This document shows, piece by piece, positions 1 through 12,433 of a DNA stretch of 64,000 nucleotides. Both the position numbers and the translations under genes were made by a program. Origin of the DNA: an uncultured Thermoleophilia bacterium. Lineage in GTDB: Bacteria; Actinomycetota; Thermoleophilia; UBA2241. How positions within the stretch are numbered: position 1 is the stretch's first letter; each line of letters starts with the position of its first letter. Location: contig CAWKEZ010000110.1 in the NCBI GenBank assembly GCA_963848545.1, forward strand, positions 8,979 through 72,978, read 5' to 3'. The notes beneath the pieces are model-generated. The model was given only the letters and a program-made list of their open reading frames with translations, was not told the origin of the DNA and searched no databases.

Positions 1-1577
<1,577 letters not shown>

Positions 1578-1660
1578 TCATCGGCCCTCGGAAGAAGGCG
1601 GTTGGATTGGGGGGACTCCATCCCCAGTCATTTCACTTTAAGATGCGCGGATAATTCGCG

Positions 1661-2536
1661 TCAAGAGACGGCAGCGACCCATCGGACCGCGGCCTCTTGA
1701 AGCGGGGGCGCCATCGAGAGAAAGATATGGGCGCCGTTTGAGCCGACCTCCAGGGTATTTCCCTGGATTCGCACTCCTGTCATTCGCGACCTTGGGATGA
1801 CAAAAGAATCGACTCCGTATCGTTCGGTGGATTCCATCGGGTCACACAAGTACACCAGCTCAAAGGGGTTCAAAACAAGGAGTTGCCTGCGCTGTGCCTC
1901 ATGACGGGACCTCCCGGGGACGGCTGCAAATGAAGAAATAACCGGGGAGTCCTCTTCAAGCCTGACCAGGGGCTCTTGGAGCAGAACTTTCCATTTGTAA
2001 GGCGGTTCAGCCGTCCACGCCTCGGCACGGGGGACGGGCCGGGCGGATCCTGCCAACCTCTTCCTGAGGCGGAGGAGCGCCGGCTCCATTTCACGGCGTG
2101 CCACTGTATTGTAACGGATGGTCAGCCGGTCCCCAAAGGGCACAAAACTGAGCCGACCGTAGAGGAGGATCGCCACGTCCTCGATTGCGGCCACTTTTTC
2201 CAGGGGAATCGAAATCTTCACCCCTGGCTGTGGTTTTTCCGTCCACAAACCAACCGCCCGATCTCCGAGGGCCAGGACGCTGTTGGGAGAAATCACCTTC
2301 TGGCTGAGCCGCCCGACAGAGCGGACCGCCCATGGGATTATGAATATCTGGCTCAGGTCCTGAATACCGCACGTATCCTCAAGAGGCTCGCGGGCGCCTG
2401 ACGGGATGTCGTCTTCACGGCGAGGAGTGTACGGGTGGCTGGCGCGCTCGCTTTTGAAATAGGAGCCCCCTTCAGCTTCTGTAAATTGGATTTCCCAGGT
2501 CTCGGCAGGATCTCGAGAATGAACGGATTCTTTCAT
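1661..2536 (-). CDS. hypothetical protein (291 aa), no recognisable domain
   Basis: Long ORF on same strand as flanking genes; no motif recognised. Confidence 0.35.
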   Translation of the reverse strand: MKESVHSRDPAETWEIQFTEAEGGSYFKSERASHPYTPRREDDIPSGAREPLEDTCGIQDLSQIFIIPWAVRSVGRLSQKVISPNSVLALGDRAVGLWTEKPQPGVKISIPLEKVAAIEDVAILLYGRLSFVPFGDRLTIRYNTVARREMEPALLRLRKRLAGSARPVPRAEAWTAEPPYKWKVLLQEPLVRLEEDSPVISSFAAVPGRSRHEAQRRQLLVLNPFELVYLCDPMESTERYGVDSFVIPRSRMTGVRIQGNTLEVGSNGAHIFLSMAPPLQEAAVRWVAAVS

Positions 2537-2630
2537 GGCTGTGCTTATATGTACGACGAGGATGTTGCTTCGTCAATCCGCGATCAGCGCAGCACGGAAG
2601 GACCGTCCCGCTGCGAGTCGAGGCAGCCAA

Positions 2631-3893
2631 TCAGTTTTTCCGCCATACGCTCGTTCCCCCGAAAAAGACTTCATCAATCGGGGCAATACCCGGGCGGAAA
2701 GCGAGAATCCCCGGGGTCTCGCCGTCCAGGAGCAGGAAGTCGGCGCGCTTTCCCGCGGTGAGGCTCCCCACCTCGGCGCCGAGCCCGAGAGCATACGCGG
2801 CGTTGAGTGTCGCGGCCGCCAGGGCCTCCGTCACGGAGAGGCCCATCTGCAGCACCGCCAGCCCGAACGCGAACGGCATGGATTCGTTGTACGAGGAGCC
2901 TGGGTTGCAGTCCGTAGCGACCGCCACCGGAAGGCCCATGTCGATCATGGCGCGCGCCCGGGCATACGGCTTGCGCATGCTGTACGCGGTTGCCGGCAGC
3001 AGGACCGCGACGACACCGGCGGATGCCATGGCCCTCAGGCCTGCATCGGAAGAAGCGAGGAGATGGTCAGCGGATGCCGCGCCTGCCTCCGCGGCAAGAG
3101 CTGCTCCTCCCGTGTCATGGAGCTCATCAGCATGGAGCCTGCATCCAAGACCTGCCGCGCGCGCCGCCTGGAGGATTCGCCGCGACTGTGAAAGCTCGAA
3201 AACGCCCTGCTCGCAGAAGACGTCGCAGAAACGCGCGAGTCCCTGCCCGGGCGACGGCAGGGACCATTTCCTGCACAATGAGGTCCACGTACGCTTCCTC
3301 GCGTCCCCTGAACTCGGCCGGCACCGCATGGGCGCCGAGAAAAGTGGCAACGATCCGGGGCGGCGCTTCGCCGGCAACGCTGCGGATGACACGCAGCTGC
3401 TTGAGCTCCGCCTCCAGGGAGAGGCCGTAGCCGCTTTTCACCTCCATTGTGGTCGTTCCCAGCCGCAGCGCGGAGTGCGCGCGGGACAGGGTGGCTGCAA
3501 ACAGCTCCGCTTCAGAGGCCGCGCGCACTGATTCCACGGAAGAGAGGATCCCCCCGCCGGCGCGCAGGATCTCCAGGTAGTCAGCGCCCCTGAGCCGGGC
3601 CAGGAACTCTCTTTCCCGCGGTTTCATAAAACACAGGTGTGTGTGGGGATCCACGAAGCCCGGGATCAGGCACCGGCCTCCGCAGTCCATTTCCGCCTGC
3701 ACGGCGGGCGCGCCTTGCGCGGCAAGCGACCCGAGAACCAATGCCTCATCTCCCACGGAAAGAACCCGGCCGTCGCGGCAAAGGAGGGCGCCTTTCTCCC
3801 ACGATTCGACGCTCCCCTGCTGCTGCCCGCGCAGGGCGCGCCCCGCGTCGGGTGGCGTCCAGATGCGCGCGTTGCGGAAGAGGGAGACGCTCA
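2631..3893 (-). CDS. hutI: imidazolonepropionase (HutI), frameshift ~3245-3255 (CCCGGG run)
   Basis: [15 protein letters not shown]...GRCLIPGFVDPHTHL (amidohydrolase metal site) in ORF 3127..4812 frame; C-terminal FCDVFCEQGVF...LHADEL...DCNPGSS in ORF 2631..3392 frame. Confidence 0.8.
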
Positions 3894-4812
3894 TTGCTCG
3901 CCCTGCCCCAGAAGGTCCAGGAGCCTGAGGTCCAGAGACCTGGGTCAACTCGAAGTCGGCCAGCAGGAGGGAGCGCGCCGCGGCGGCCACGAGCGCTTCT
4001 GCGGGAACCAGGCCGTATATTTCTGTTTCCGCCACCTCGATTCCCCTGGCCGCGGCCTCCTTCCGCACAAGCTCCAGCACCTCGTGCAAGGGATTGATGC
4101 GGAAGTCGGTGACGTTGATGCTGACCTGCACCATTCCCTTGTGCTTCAGCTCCACGCCCACGGCCTTCACGTGGGAAAGGCCGCCGCCGGAAGCGCGGAT
4201 GGTGCGAGCAATAGAACGAGCGCCCGCGATGTCCCTGCTCCGCAGGTTGATGTTGAACGCCACGAGGAATTGCCGGGCGCCGATCACCGTTGCTCCGGCG
4301 CTGGGGTGCACGCGCGCCTCCCCCACGTCCGGGGTGCGATCCGGGTTTCCCATTTCCTTCACAAGCGCTTCAAACTGGCCGCGGCGCACGGCTTCCAGGT
4401 TCCGGCGCTCCGGCCGCAGCGCCGCTTCCTCGTAGAGATAGACCGGCACTCCCGTCTCCCGCGCATAGCGCTCGGCGAAGCTTCGCGCCATGGCCACGCA
4501 TTCCTGCATTGAGATGCCGCGCAGGGGCACGAAGGGGATCACGTCCACCGCGCCGATCCTGGGGTGCGCACCGACGTGAATACGAAGGTCAATCGAGGCG
4601 ATTGCCGCGCGCGCCGATGCCAGCAGCGCATCCTGCAGAGGCCGCGGGTGGCCCGCAAGGGTCACCACCAGGCGGTTATGGTCGGGGTCGGCCCGCCAGT
4701 CCAGGAGGTGGACGCCGCGCGCGCCGCGAAACGGGGCGACGATGGCCTCTATCACCTCCTGCCTGCGGCCCTCGCTGTAGTTCGGCACGCATTGCACAAG
4801 GCTGGGGCTCAT
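3894..4812 (-). CDS. ftcD: glutamate formiminotransferase (FtcD-like formiminotransferase domain), read in-frame into hutI with no stop
   Basis: [24 protein letters not shown]... ~305 aa formiminotransferase N+C subdomains; no stop codon before hutI Met; a TGA exists in +1 frame at ~3955. Confidence 0.65.
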
Positions 4813-6525
4813 GCGCCACCTTCCCCAGTCATGGGGATGACGACCCCTCGCTCCTTCGCCGTCTCGATGGCCTTCTCGTATCCCGCGTCCGCATGGCGCA
4901 GAATGCCGGTGGCAGGATCGTTTCTGAGAACAGTAGTGACGCGAAGCTCACCCTCCGCCGTGCCGTCAGCAACGGTCACCTGGCCGGCGTGAAGCGAGTA
5001 GCCAATGCCGACGCCTCCGCCGTGGTGAAAGGACGCCCAGCTCGCACCCGATGCAACGTTCACCATGAGGTTGAGGAGCGGCCAGTCCGCCACCGCATCC
5101 GTGCCGTCCCGCATGGCTTCGGTCTCCCGGTTGGGAGACGCCACGGATCCCGCATCCAGATGGTCCCTGCCTATCACGATGGGCGCCTTGACCCTGCCGG
5201 AGGCCACAAGGTCATTGAAGATCTTTCCCGCTCTGTCGCGCTCGCCATAGCCCAGCCAGCAGATCCTTGCCGGCAGCCCCATGTGCTTCACGCGAGATCG
5301 GGCCAGGCGGAGCCATCGCACCATCCTGGTCTTGTGCGGGGAAAGCTTCCAGGAGCGCCTCATCGGTTGCGTCGATGTCCTTTGGATCACCGGAAAGCGC
5401 CACCCATCGGAAGGGCCCCTCCCCTTCGCAGAAAAGGGGACGGATGTATGCGGGAACGAACCCCGGGTAGTCGAATGCGTTCGTGACTCCATTTGCCAGG
5501 GCCTGGCCGCGGAGGTTGTTTCCGTAGTCGAAAGCCACCGCGCCGCGCGCCTTCATGTCGAGTATGGCCCGGCAGTGCACTGCCATGGAACGACGCGCCG
5601 CCTCGATGTAGCGCCCTGGATCGGACTTTCGCAGCGCAAGGGCAGCATCCAGGCTCATGCCATGAGGCACGTAGCCCCCAAGCTCGTCGTGCGCGCTTGT
5701 CTGGTCCGTCACCACGTCGGGGATGAACCCCGCCTGGACCATCCCCGGGAGAACGTCCGCGGCGTTGCCCGTCACGGCGATGGAGAGCGGCTTCTTTTTT
5801 TCCGCGGCCTCCCGTGCCATCGCCATCGCGGACGCGAGGTCCTTCGCCACGGTGTCCAGGTAGCCCGTTTCCTGCCTTCTCCTTGTCCGCGCGGCGTCCA
5901 CCTCCACGCAGATCAGCACGCCGTCGTTCATGGTCACCGCGAGGGGCTGCGCGCCTCCCATTCCGCCCAGTCCCGCGCTCACCACGATTTTCCCGGCCAG
6001 AGTCGAGCCGAAATGTTTTTCCGCCAGGGCGCCGAATGTCTCGAACGTCCCCTGCAGGATCCCTTGAGTTCCGATGTAGATCCAGGAGCCCGCGGTCATC
6101 TGCCCGAACATCATCAGGCCCCGTCTCTCCAGCTCGTGGAAATGCTCCCATGTGGCCCAATGCGGGACAAGGTTGGAGTTGGCGATCAGCACGCGCGGGG
6201 ACATGCGGTGCGTGCGCAGAATCCCGACCGGCTTGCCGGACTGGACCAGGAGCGTCTCATCGTCGCCAAGGTCAAGAAGGCTGGTCACCAGGGCGTCGAA
6301 GCAGCGCCAGTTGCGGGCGGCCCTCCCCGTCCCGCCATACACGATGAGCTCGTCCGGCTTCTCAGCGTTGCCCGGGTCCAGGTTGTTGCACAACATCCGC
6401 AGGGCCGCCTCCTGGTGCCACCCCTTGCAGTGCAGCTCCACGCCTCGTGGCGCCCGCACAGGCCGCGCTGCCCCGCTCCCGATACCGAGCTCGGCCAGAA
6501 CCTTCTCCCTTGCTGAACCGCTCAT
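4809..6525 (-). CDS. hutU: urocanate hydratase (HutU), frameshift ~5335
   Basis: N-part ORF 5212..6525 ([13 protein letters not shown]-binding) and C-part ORF 4809..5492 ([14 protein letters not shown]...IVIGRDHLD...SPNRETE) overlap in different frames. Confidence 0.85.
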
Positions 6526-6616
6526 GTATAGCCTCCTCGTGAATCCTACGGCGGCTTCTTCTCAGGCGGGTAAAGTACTCAGATATGCCTCAACCACTTT
6601 TGGGTTTTTGGCCAGA

Positions 6617-7285
6617 TCAGCGGCCGGGCCTTCGAGGATCACCCTGCCCCGCCTCGAATACGTAAGCCCGGTCCGCCGCCTCCAGCGCAATGCGCGCATT
6701 CTGCTCGGCAAGAAGAATAGTCTTCCCCTCTGCATGGAGCTGTGCAAGCACCTCGAACAGACGGTCCACCACGACGGGGGCGAGGCCGAGGGAGATTTCG
6801 TCCGCCACGATCACGGAAGGGTCCAGAGCGAGAGCGCGTCCAAGTGCGAGCATCTGCTGCTCCCCGCCGCTCAGGCTTCCGGCGGTCTGCGTCCTGCGCT
6901 CGGCGAGACGGGGAAACAGCTCGTACACTTCACCAAGGACCTCGCGTTCCCTTTTTCCTGAAAGACGCGACGAGGTCACACGCAGATTCTCCTCCACACT
7001 CAAGTCCGGGAAAACATGGCGCCCCTCGGGGACATACCCGATTCCGAGCTCGACGCGGCGAAATGCTGGAATCTCGAGAAGGGAGCGGCCGCAAAAGGTC
7101 GCCACACCCGTTGCCTTCACGAGACCCATAAGACACTTGAGAAGGGTCGTCTTGCCCGCCCCGTTCGCGCCGACGATCGCAGTAAAGCTTCCCCTTGCCG
7201 CTTCGATGGCAACGTCGTGGAGTACGGGGATTCTTCCATATCCCGCGTGGAGGCCCGAAACCGACAGCAGTGCCTCTGCCCTCAT
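6617..7285 (-). CDS. livF: branched-chain amino acid ABC transporter ATP-binding protein LivF
   Basis: Walker A GANGAGKTT, ABC signature LSGGEQQML, 222 aa. Confidence 0.8.
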   Translation of the reverse strand: MRAEALLSVSGLHAGYGRIPVLHDVAIEAARGSFTAIVGANGAGKTTLLKCLMGLVKATGVATFCGRSLLEIPAFRRVELGIGYVPEGRHVFPDLSVEENLRVTSSRLSGKREREVLGEVYELFPRLAERRTQTAGSLSGGEQQMLALGRALALDPSVIVADEISLGLAPVVVDRLFEVLAQLHAEGKTILLAEQNARIALEAADRAYVFEAGQGDPRRPGR

Positions 7286-8074
7286 GGCCTGTTCCCTTCG
7301 CCGGCCTTCGGGCGGGCCGATAGAGAGCCCTCTTTCCCGAGATATGCGCCGATCACCCGCTTATCGTTACGCACCTCCTCGGGGATCCCTTCCGCGATCT
7401 TCCTCCCCTCGTCCAGGACGACGACACGGTCGGAGAGTGACAGCGCGAGGCCGACGTAGTGCTCCACCAGCATGACGGTGAGCCCCGAACGCTGCACACT
7501 CCGAATGAGCTCCGCGAGCGGCCGTATCCCATCCGCGCCTATGCCGGCGGCAGGCTCGTCGAGAAGGAGAAGCGACGGGCGGCTCGCAATGGCCCGGGCG
7601 ATCTCCAGCCGTCGCAGCTCGCCCATGGTGAGCGCGCCCGCGCGGCGCTCCGCCTGCGCCGACAGACCGACCTGCTCCAGCACCTCGTCGACGCGCTCCG
7701 CGATGGAGCGGTTGCGGCCACACGGCGCAAGGCAGCGGAGCGTGTGGAGGATGTTTTTGCCCGCGGCCGAGACCCGGATGTTTTCCCGGACGGTCATCGA
7801 GGAAAAGGGACGCGGGACCTGGAAGCTGCGCCTGACGCCGAGGTGGCTCATGCGCGCCGGCATTGTGCCCTGCACCTCCGTGCCGTCGAACAAGACCTTG
7901 CCGGAGGTGGGCTTGAGCGCCCCGGCAATCACGTTGAAAAGGGTCGTTTTGCCGGCGCCATTCGGGACCGATCACGGCGAGGAACTGCCCCCGCTCGACG
8001 GAAAGGTCGATGGCGTCAAGCGCCTTGAGGCCGCCGAAGCGCACGCACAGGTCCGTGATTTCCAGGAGCGCCAT
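7282..8074 (-). CDS. livG: branched-chain amino acid ABC transporter ATP-binding protein LivG, frameshift ~7940 inside Walker A
   Basis: MALLEITDLCVRFGGLKALD... then GP|NGAGKTTLFNVIAGAL restored only by removing one C from CCC at ~7940; C-part in ORF 7282..7932. Confidence 0.8.
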
Positions 8075-9008
8075 GGCTCTTACGACCTCCCCATGCCCGA
8101 GCCTCCCTGGCGGGGGCCCGGAAGCTGCTTCCGCGAGCGGGGCCAGGGCCATTCCAATGGAGGCGCGACGCCGCGCTCGCTTCCCCAGCCAGACCTTGCG
8201 GCTGGAAACGCAGCATGAGGAGGAGAATCACCCCGAAGGTGAGAAGCCGGAAATTGGAGATGAACCTGAAAGCTTCGGGAAGGGCTCCCAGAATGAGCGC
8301 GCCAAGAAGCGCGCCCCTGATGGTGCCGATTCCTCCGAAAATGAGCATCGAAAGTATGACGACTGATTCGGTGAAACCAAAGCTCGAGGGGGTTATCGCG
8401 CTCAAGAAGGGCGCATATATGCTTCCCGCCATGCCCGCGAAGGCGGCACTCAGCGTAAAGGCGGCCACCTTGTAGGAGGCAACGGGAATACCGACGGACG
8501 AAGAAGCGCTCTCGTCGTCCTTGAGCGCCGTCAGCGACGCCCCGAGCCAGGTTCGCTCCAGGTACTTGCTCGACGCAACGACGAGGGCAAGCATGCATGC
8601 GGCCACCAGCAGAAAGTCCGGATTGCCGAACTGCCGTCCCCCGATGGTCGGCAAGGGGATCGAGTAGATTCCGACCGCTCCCCCGAAAAACGGCACGTAC
8701 TGGAATATTGCGACAACGACGAAGTTGAGGCCGATGGTGGTGATTGCGAGAAAGTCCTCGCGGAGCCGCAGGCTGACGGCGCCGAGGATGAATCCGGCCA
8801 TGCCGGCGACGCTGAAGGAGATCGGTATGGTCAACCAGAAACTGAGATGATAACGGGTTGACAGCACGGCCGCGAAGTAGGCGCCCAGCCCGAGAAAAGC
8901 GCTCTGCGCGAGATTGGGTTGGCCGGCGTAGCCCACGACCATGTTGAGAGCGACGGTAAGCATGGCGTAGATCATGATGGTGACGCCAATGACGATGACG
9001 TAGCTCAC
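8016..9008 (-). CDS. livM: branched-chain amino acid ABC transporter permease LivM (C-terminal tail atypical, possible frameshift/extension)
   Basis: Multi-TM ORF with LivM-like motifs (GYAGQPNLAQSAF..., RFQPQGL); last ~50 aa Arg/Pro-rich and overlapping livG start. Confidence 0.7.
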   Translation of the reverse strand: MSYVIVIGVTIMIYAMLTVALNMVVGYAGQPNLAQSAFLGLGAYFAAVLSTRYHLSFWLTIPISFSVAGMAGFILGAVSLRLREDFLAITTIGLNFVVVAIFQYVPFFGGAVGIYSIPLPTIGGRQFGNPDFLLVAACMLALVVASSKYLERTWLGASLTALKDDESASSSVGIPVASYKVAAFTLSAAFAGMAGSIYAPFLSAITPSSFGFTESVVILSMLIFGGIGTIRGALLGALILGALPEAFRFISNFRLLTFGVILLLMLRFQPQGLAGEASAASRLHWNGPGPARGSSFRAPAREARAWGGRKSHGAPGNHGPVRALRRPQGA

Positions 9009-9874
9009 CGCGTCCCCCTGGGGCCGGGAAGCAGGCCCTGGGGCCGCACGAGAAGTATCGCGATAAGGACGATGAAGGCTATTGCGTCGCGCGGCAGCAC
9101 GAAGCCGGCATACATGACGACGAAAGTCTCCACCAGCCCTATGAGCATCGCGGCCGCGATGGTCCCCAGTGGATTGCCAAGGCCGCCGAGGACGATGATG
9201 GCCAGCATCTTGTACGCCGGTATGTCACCCATCGTGGGGTATACCGTATTGTAGTTTATCCCGAGCATGATGCCCGACACCGCGGCAAGGGAGTAGCCAA
9301 TGACGAAGATGGAGGCGATCACTGCGCGCGTATTGATGCCCATCGCTTCGGCCGTCGGCCCGTCCTGCGAGGTGGCGCGCCAGAAAAGTCCGAGTCTTGT
9401 CCGGCGCAGGGTGAACCAGGTGCCAGTCAGGACGACGCAACCGATGATGAGTATGAGAAGCTGAGCTCCCGTGATGACCGCCCCTCCCAGGCGGAGCGTG
9501 CGCAGGGGAACCCGCGCGGGGAAGGCCAGCGGATAAGGCCCGAACACGAGTCGGAAGGCCTCTTCCATCGCGATGAAAGTCCCGATACTCGCGATCAGGG
9601 GAATGAGGGGTCCTCGATTCAAGATGGGCCGGTACAGGAACCGTTGCAGCCCAAGGCCGAAGAGGGCCGAGGCCACTATCCCTGCGCCGAGGCCCAGGAG
9701 CAGCGAACCGGTGACTCTCCAGATTTTCAGACCCACATAGGCGCCGAGGGTCAGCCCTGCAGCGTTTGCGATGTCCAGAACGCGCAAAAGTCCGTAGATC
9801 AGCGATGGGCCAAGGGCGATCAGGGCGTAGAGCGAGCCGGTCGCAATGCCGTTCAGCAGGCTGGATAAGAACAT
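9005..9874 (-). CDS. livH: branched-chain amino acid ABC transporter permease LivH
   Basis: 289 aa polytopic ORF, 4-nt overlap with livM, LivH-like N-terminus MFLSSLLNGIATGSLYALIALG. Confidence 0.8.
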   Translation of the reverse strand: MFLSSLLNGIATGSLYALIALGPSLIYGLLRVLDIANAAGLTLGAYVGLKIWRVTGSLLLGLGAGIVASALFGLGLQRFLYRPILNRGPLIPLIASIGTFIAMEEAFRLVFGPYPLAFPARVPLRTLRLGGAVITGAQLLILIIGCVVLTGTWFTLRRTRLGLFWRATSQDGPTAEAMGINTRAVIASIFVIGYSLAAVSGIMLGINYNTVYPTMGDIPAYKMLAIIVLGGLGNPLGTIAAAMLIGLVETFVVMYAGFVLPRDAIAFIVLIAILLVRPQGLLPGPRGTR

Positions 9875-9932
9875 CCGGTCTTCTCTTTCGCCCTGACCTC
9901 ACTCACGTGGCCGCTTTGTGCTCCTGCGAGGA

Positions 9933-11097
9933 CTACGGCGTGATGACAGCCGGATCATCCACGATACCGTAATGATGGGGTAACCCGTCCTTCACGATCT
10001 GCAGCTCCACCGCCTTCACGACCTCCCCGGTGGCGTTGTACTTCATGATGGTGCCCGTCACGCCGACGAAATCCTTGACGCTTGCAATGCCTTGCCTGAT
10101 TTGGCCCGCGGCGGTTCCCCTGGCCATGGCGTTCTTGAGCACCAGGAAGGAGTCGTACGTGGTGGCGCCCACCATGTCTGGTGCGTAGCCATAGGCCGCC
10201 GTGAAGCCTTTGATGTAATCGACAACGACCGGTTCCATGCTGTCACGATTGAAGGGCGTCGTGAACACGAGCCCGTTGGCCTGGGCCCCGACCGGCTGGA
10301 AGAACTGGGTCGTTGAGTCCACGCCCTCCGTTCCGACGATCGGGAGCGAAAGGCCGAGAGTGTTCCAGTTGTTCAGGAACTGCTGTCCCTCGGAATAGTA
10401 CTCGACCATGAAATAGCCAGTTGCGCCCTTGGCCTGGTCGCGCATGAGTATGGGCGTGAAATCCTTCTCGCCGAACTGGTTGAAGTCCGTTGCGACGACC
10501 GTTGCGCCGAGCGCTGCGGCCTCGGCCGTAAAGCCTTGAACGAGCGCGGTCCCGAAGTCGTTCTTGATGGCGACGATCGCGATCTTCGTCACGCCGAGGT
10601 CCTTGACAAGAGCCACGGCGGCGGCCTTGCCTTCGACCACTCCGTTGAAATCCTGCTGGAAGATGAAGCGTCCGGTCGCGGGAATGCCGGGGTTGACCGC
10701 GTACGCGGCGAGCATCGGAATGCCGTTCCTCTGGAAGATCGGGGCGGCCGCAAGGGTCTGGTCGCTGTAGGAGCCGCTTACGACAGCGTCGACCTTGTCC
10801 TGGGTGACGAGGCGGGTGGCAATGCTGACCGCCTGCTTGGCGTCGCTGGCGTCATCGTAGTTGATGAGCTGGATCTGCCTGCCATTGATGCCGCCTGGCC
10901 TTGTTGATGTCCACCACGGCGAGCTTCGCTGAGTCATAGGCGCTCTGCCCGTCAGCCGCAGCGAAACCGGACTCGGGAGCGAAAAAGCCGATCTTGATGG
11001 GAGCGCTGCTGCTGGCCGATGGGAAGCTCACGAGGGCTGCAACGACAAACAGCGCCATCAGAGTGAGCCTGGGGATGTACCCGTGCGATTTTTGCAT
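9933..11097 (-). CDS. livK: branched-chain amino acid ABC transporter substrate-binding protein (LivK/LivJ family), frameshift ~10890
   Basis: Signal peptide MQKSHGYIPRLTLMALFVVAALV + IKIGFFAPESG (ORF 10852..11127) continues as GGINGRQIQLINYDDAS... (ORF 9933..10937) after removing one base; RBS AGGAGGG upstream of ATG 11097. Confidence 0.8.
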
Positions 11098-11293
11098 CTC
11101 TTCCCTCCTGTTTCCATGACGTAGCACGGCGCATGCAACGGGACGTGGAGGCCCGCCGCCCTGATCCTCAACGAGGCTGGGTCGGTCGTCTGCGCCGGGC
11201 GGATTGCACTATTTCAGGATTGAAGCACCGTTCCACACTAACACCGGGTAGTTGCGGGGTCAAGTTTGGCTCGCGACTCTGGGCGGGTAATTT

Positions 11294-11600
11294 TCACCCG
11301 CTCCCGAACACAGCCGCAGTCTCTTTCAGGAAAGTGCGGATCGGGATCCCCTGCGGGCACAGGTCCTCGCACTGTCCGCACTCCGTGCACGCGTCAGGTT
11401 TCCCCACGATTCGGGTGTAACCGGTAAGCCAAGGGTCCTTCGTATTCCACATTGATGAGGCATTGAGCGCCGCCATCAACTCGGGAATGGCCACGCCTTG
11501 CGGACACGGCTGGCAGTAGCGGCACGCGCTGCAGTCCACCTTCATCCGCGCTTGCATTGCGGTCCGCGCGGCGTCGTACACGGAAAGGTTCCCCGGCGTC
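11294..11600 (-). pseudogene. C-terminal fragment of an aldo/keto reductase-ferredoxin fusion oxidoreductase (2x CxxCxxCxxxCP), 5' end missing
   Basis: ...KVDCSACRYCQPCPQGVAIPEL...DACTECGQCEDLCPQGIPI...; upstream part of ORF 11294..11848 is antisense to Fic and non-homologous. Confidence 0.5.
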
Positions 11601-11639
11601 AGAGTACTGGGCTTGGCAACGTCAGGCGCGGCGAGATCG

Positions 11640-12433
11640 GCATGGCCAGAACGCCAGGCGAGCTGCGCACCTCGCAGAACTGGATCGGACCGCCCGGTTC
11701 CACGCTGGCCACGGCGACCTACGTGCCGCCCCCCGTGCTCGCCATGCGCGAATCGCTCGCGGCCTGGGAGGTCTTTCTGCGCGAGCGCGGTACCCTGCCC
11801 GACCTGGTGCAGTGCGCGATGGTGCACGAGCAGTTCGAGGCCATTCATCCGTTCGTGGGGGGAACGGGCGCCTGGGCCGCCTGCTGGTCACGCTGTTCCT
11901 CATCGAGCGCCGCCGCTTGACCCGCCCGCTGCTGTATCTCTCCGCCTACCTCGAAGGCCACCGCGACGAGTACTACGCGCTCATGCAACGGGTACGCACC
12001 CATGGGGAGTGGGTCCCTTGGTTGCTGTTCTTCGTCACAGGCGTACGCGAGACGGCGGAACGGGCCACCCGCCAGGCACGCGCTCTCGTTCAGCATCACG
12101 CTCGCCACCGCGGGCTGGTGAAGGGCCGCGCCCTGGCCCTTGCCGACGAGCTCTTTCGCACGCCCTGCATGACCGTGCCCGAGGCCCAGCGTGTCCTCGG
12201 CGCGACCAACCCCACGGCGCGCCGCGCCGTGGGCGAGCTGCTCGAGAAGGGGCTGCTCGAGGAGTGGGGCGAGGAGCGCCGGCCGCGCGTGTACCTGGCG
12301 CGGCACGTCCTCGACGCCGTGCTGCGCCCGGTCGAAGACTTGCGGCAGCTGCCCGGGGCAAAGGCTCAGGGCGCGGTGGTCAAGTCGGCGGCCGGCGAGC
12401 GCCAGGCGCCAACCAGCCGAGGCGACCGCATGA
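11640..12433 (+). CDS. Fic-family protein with C-terminal wHTH, N-terminally truncated, frameshift in Fic motif (~11870, GGGGGG run)
   Basis: PGELRTSQNWIG...HPFVGGNGRLGRLLVTLFL (HPFx[DE]GNGR motif restored by deleting one G); no upstream Fic N-domain; +1 frame has TGATGA double stop exactly at 12431-12436. Confidence 0.6.

Noticed and set aside
5281-6516. 411-aa plus-strand ORF
   Set aside because: Antisense to hutU.
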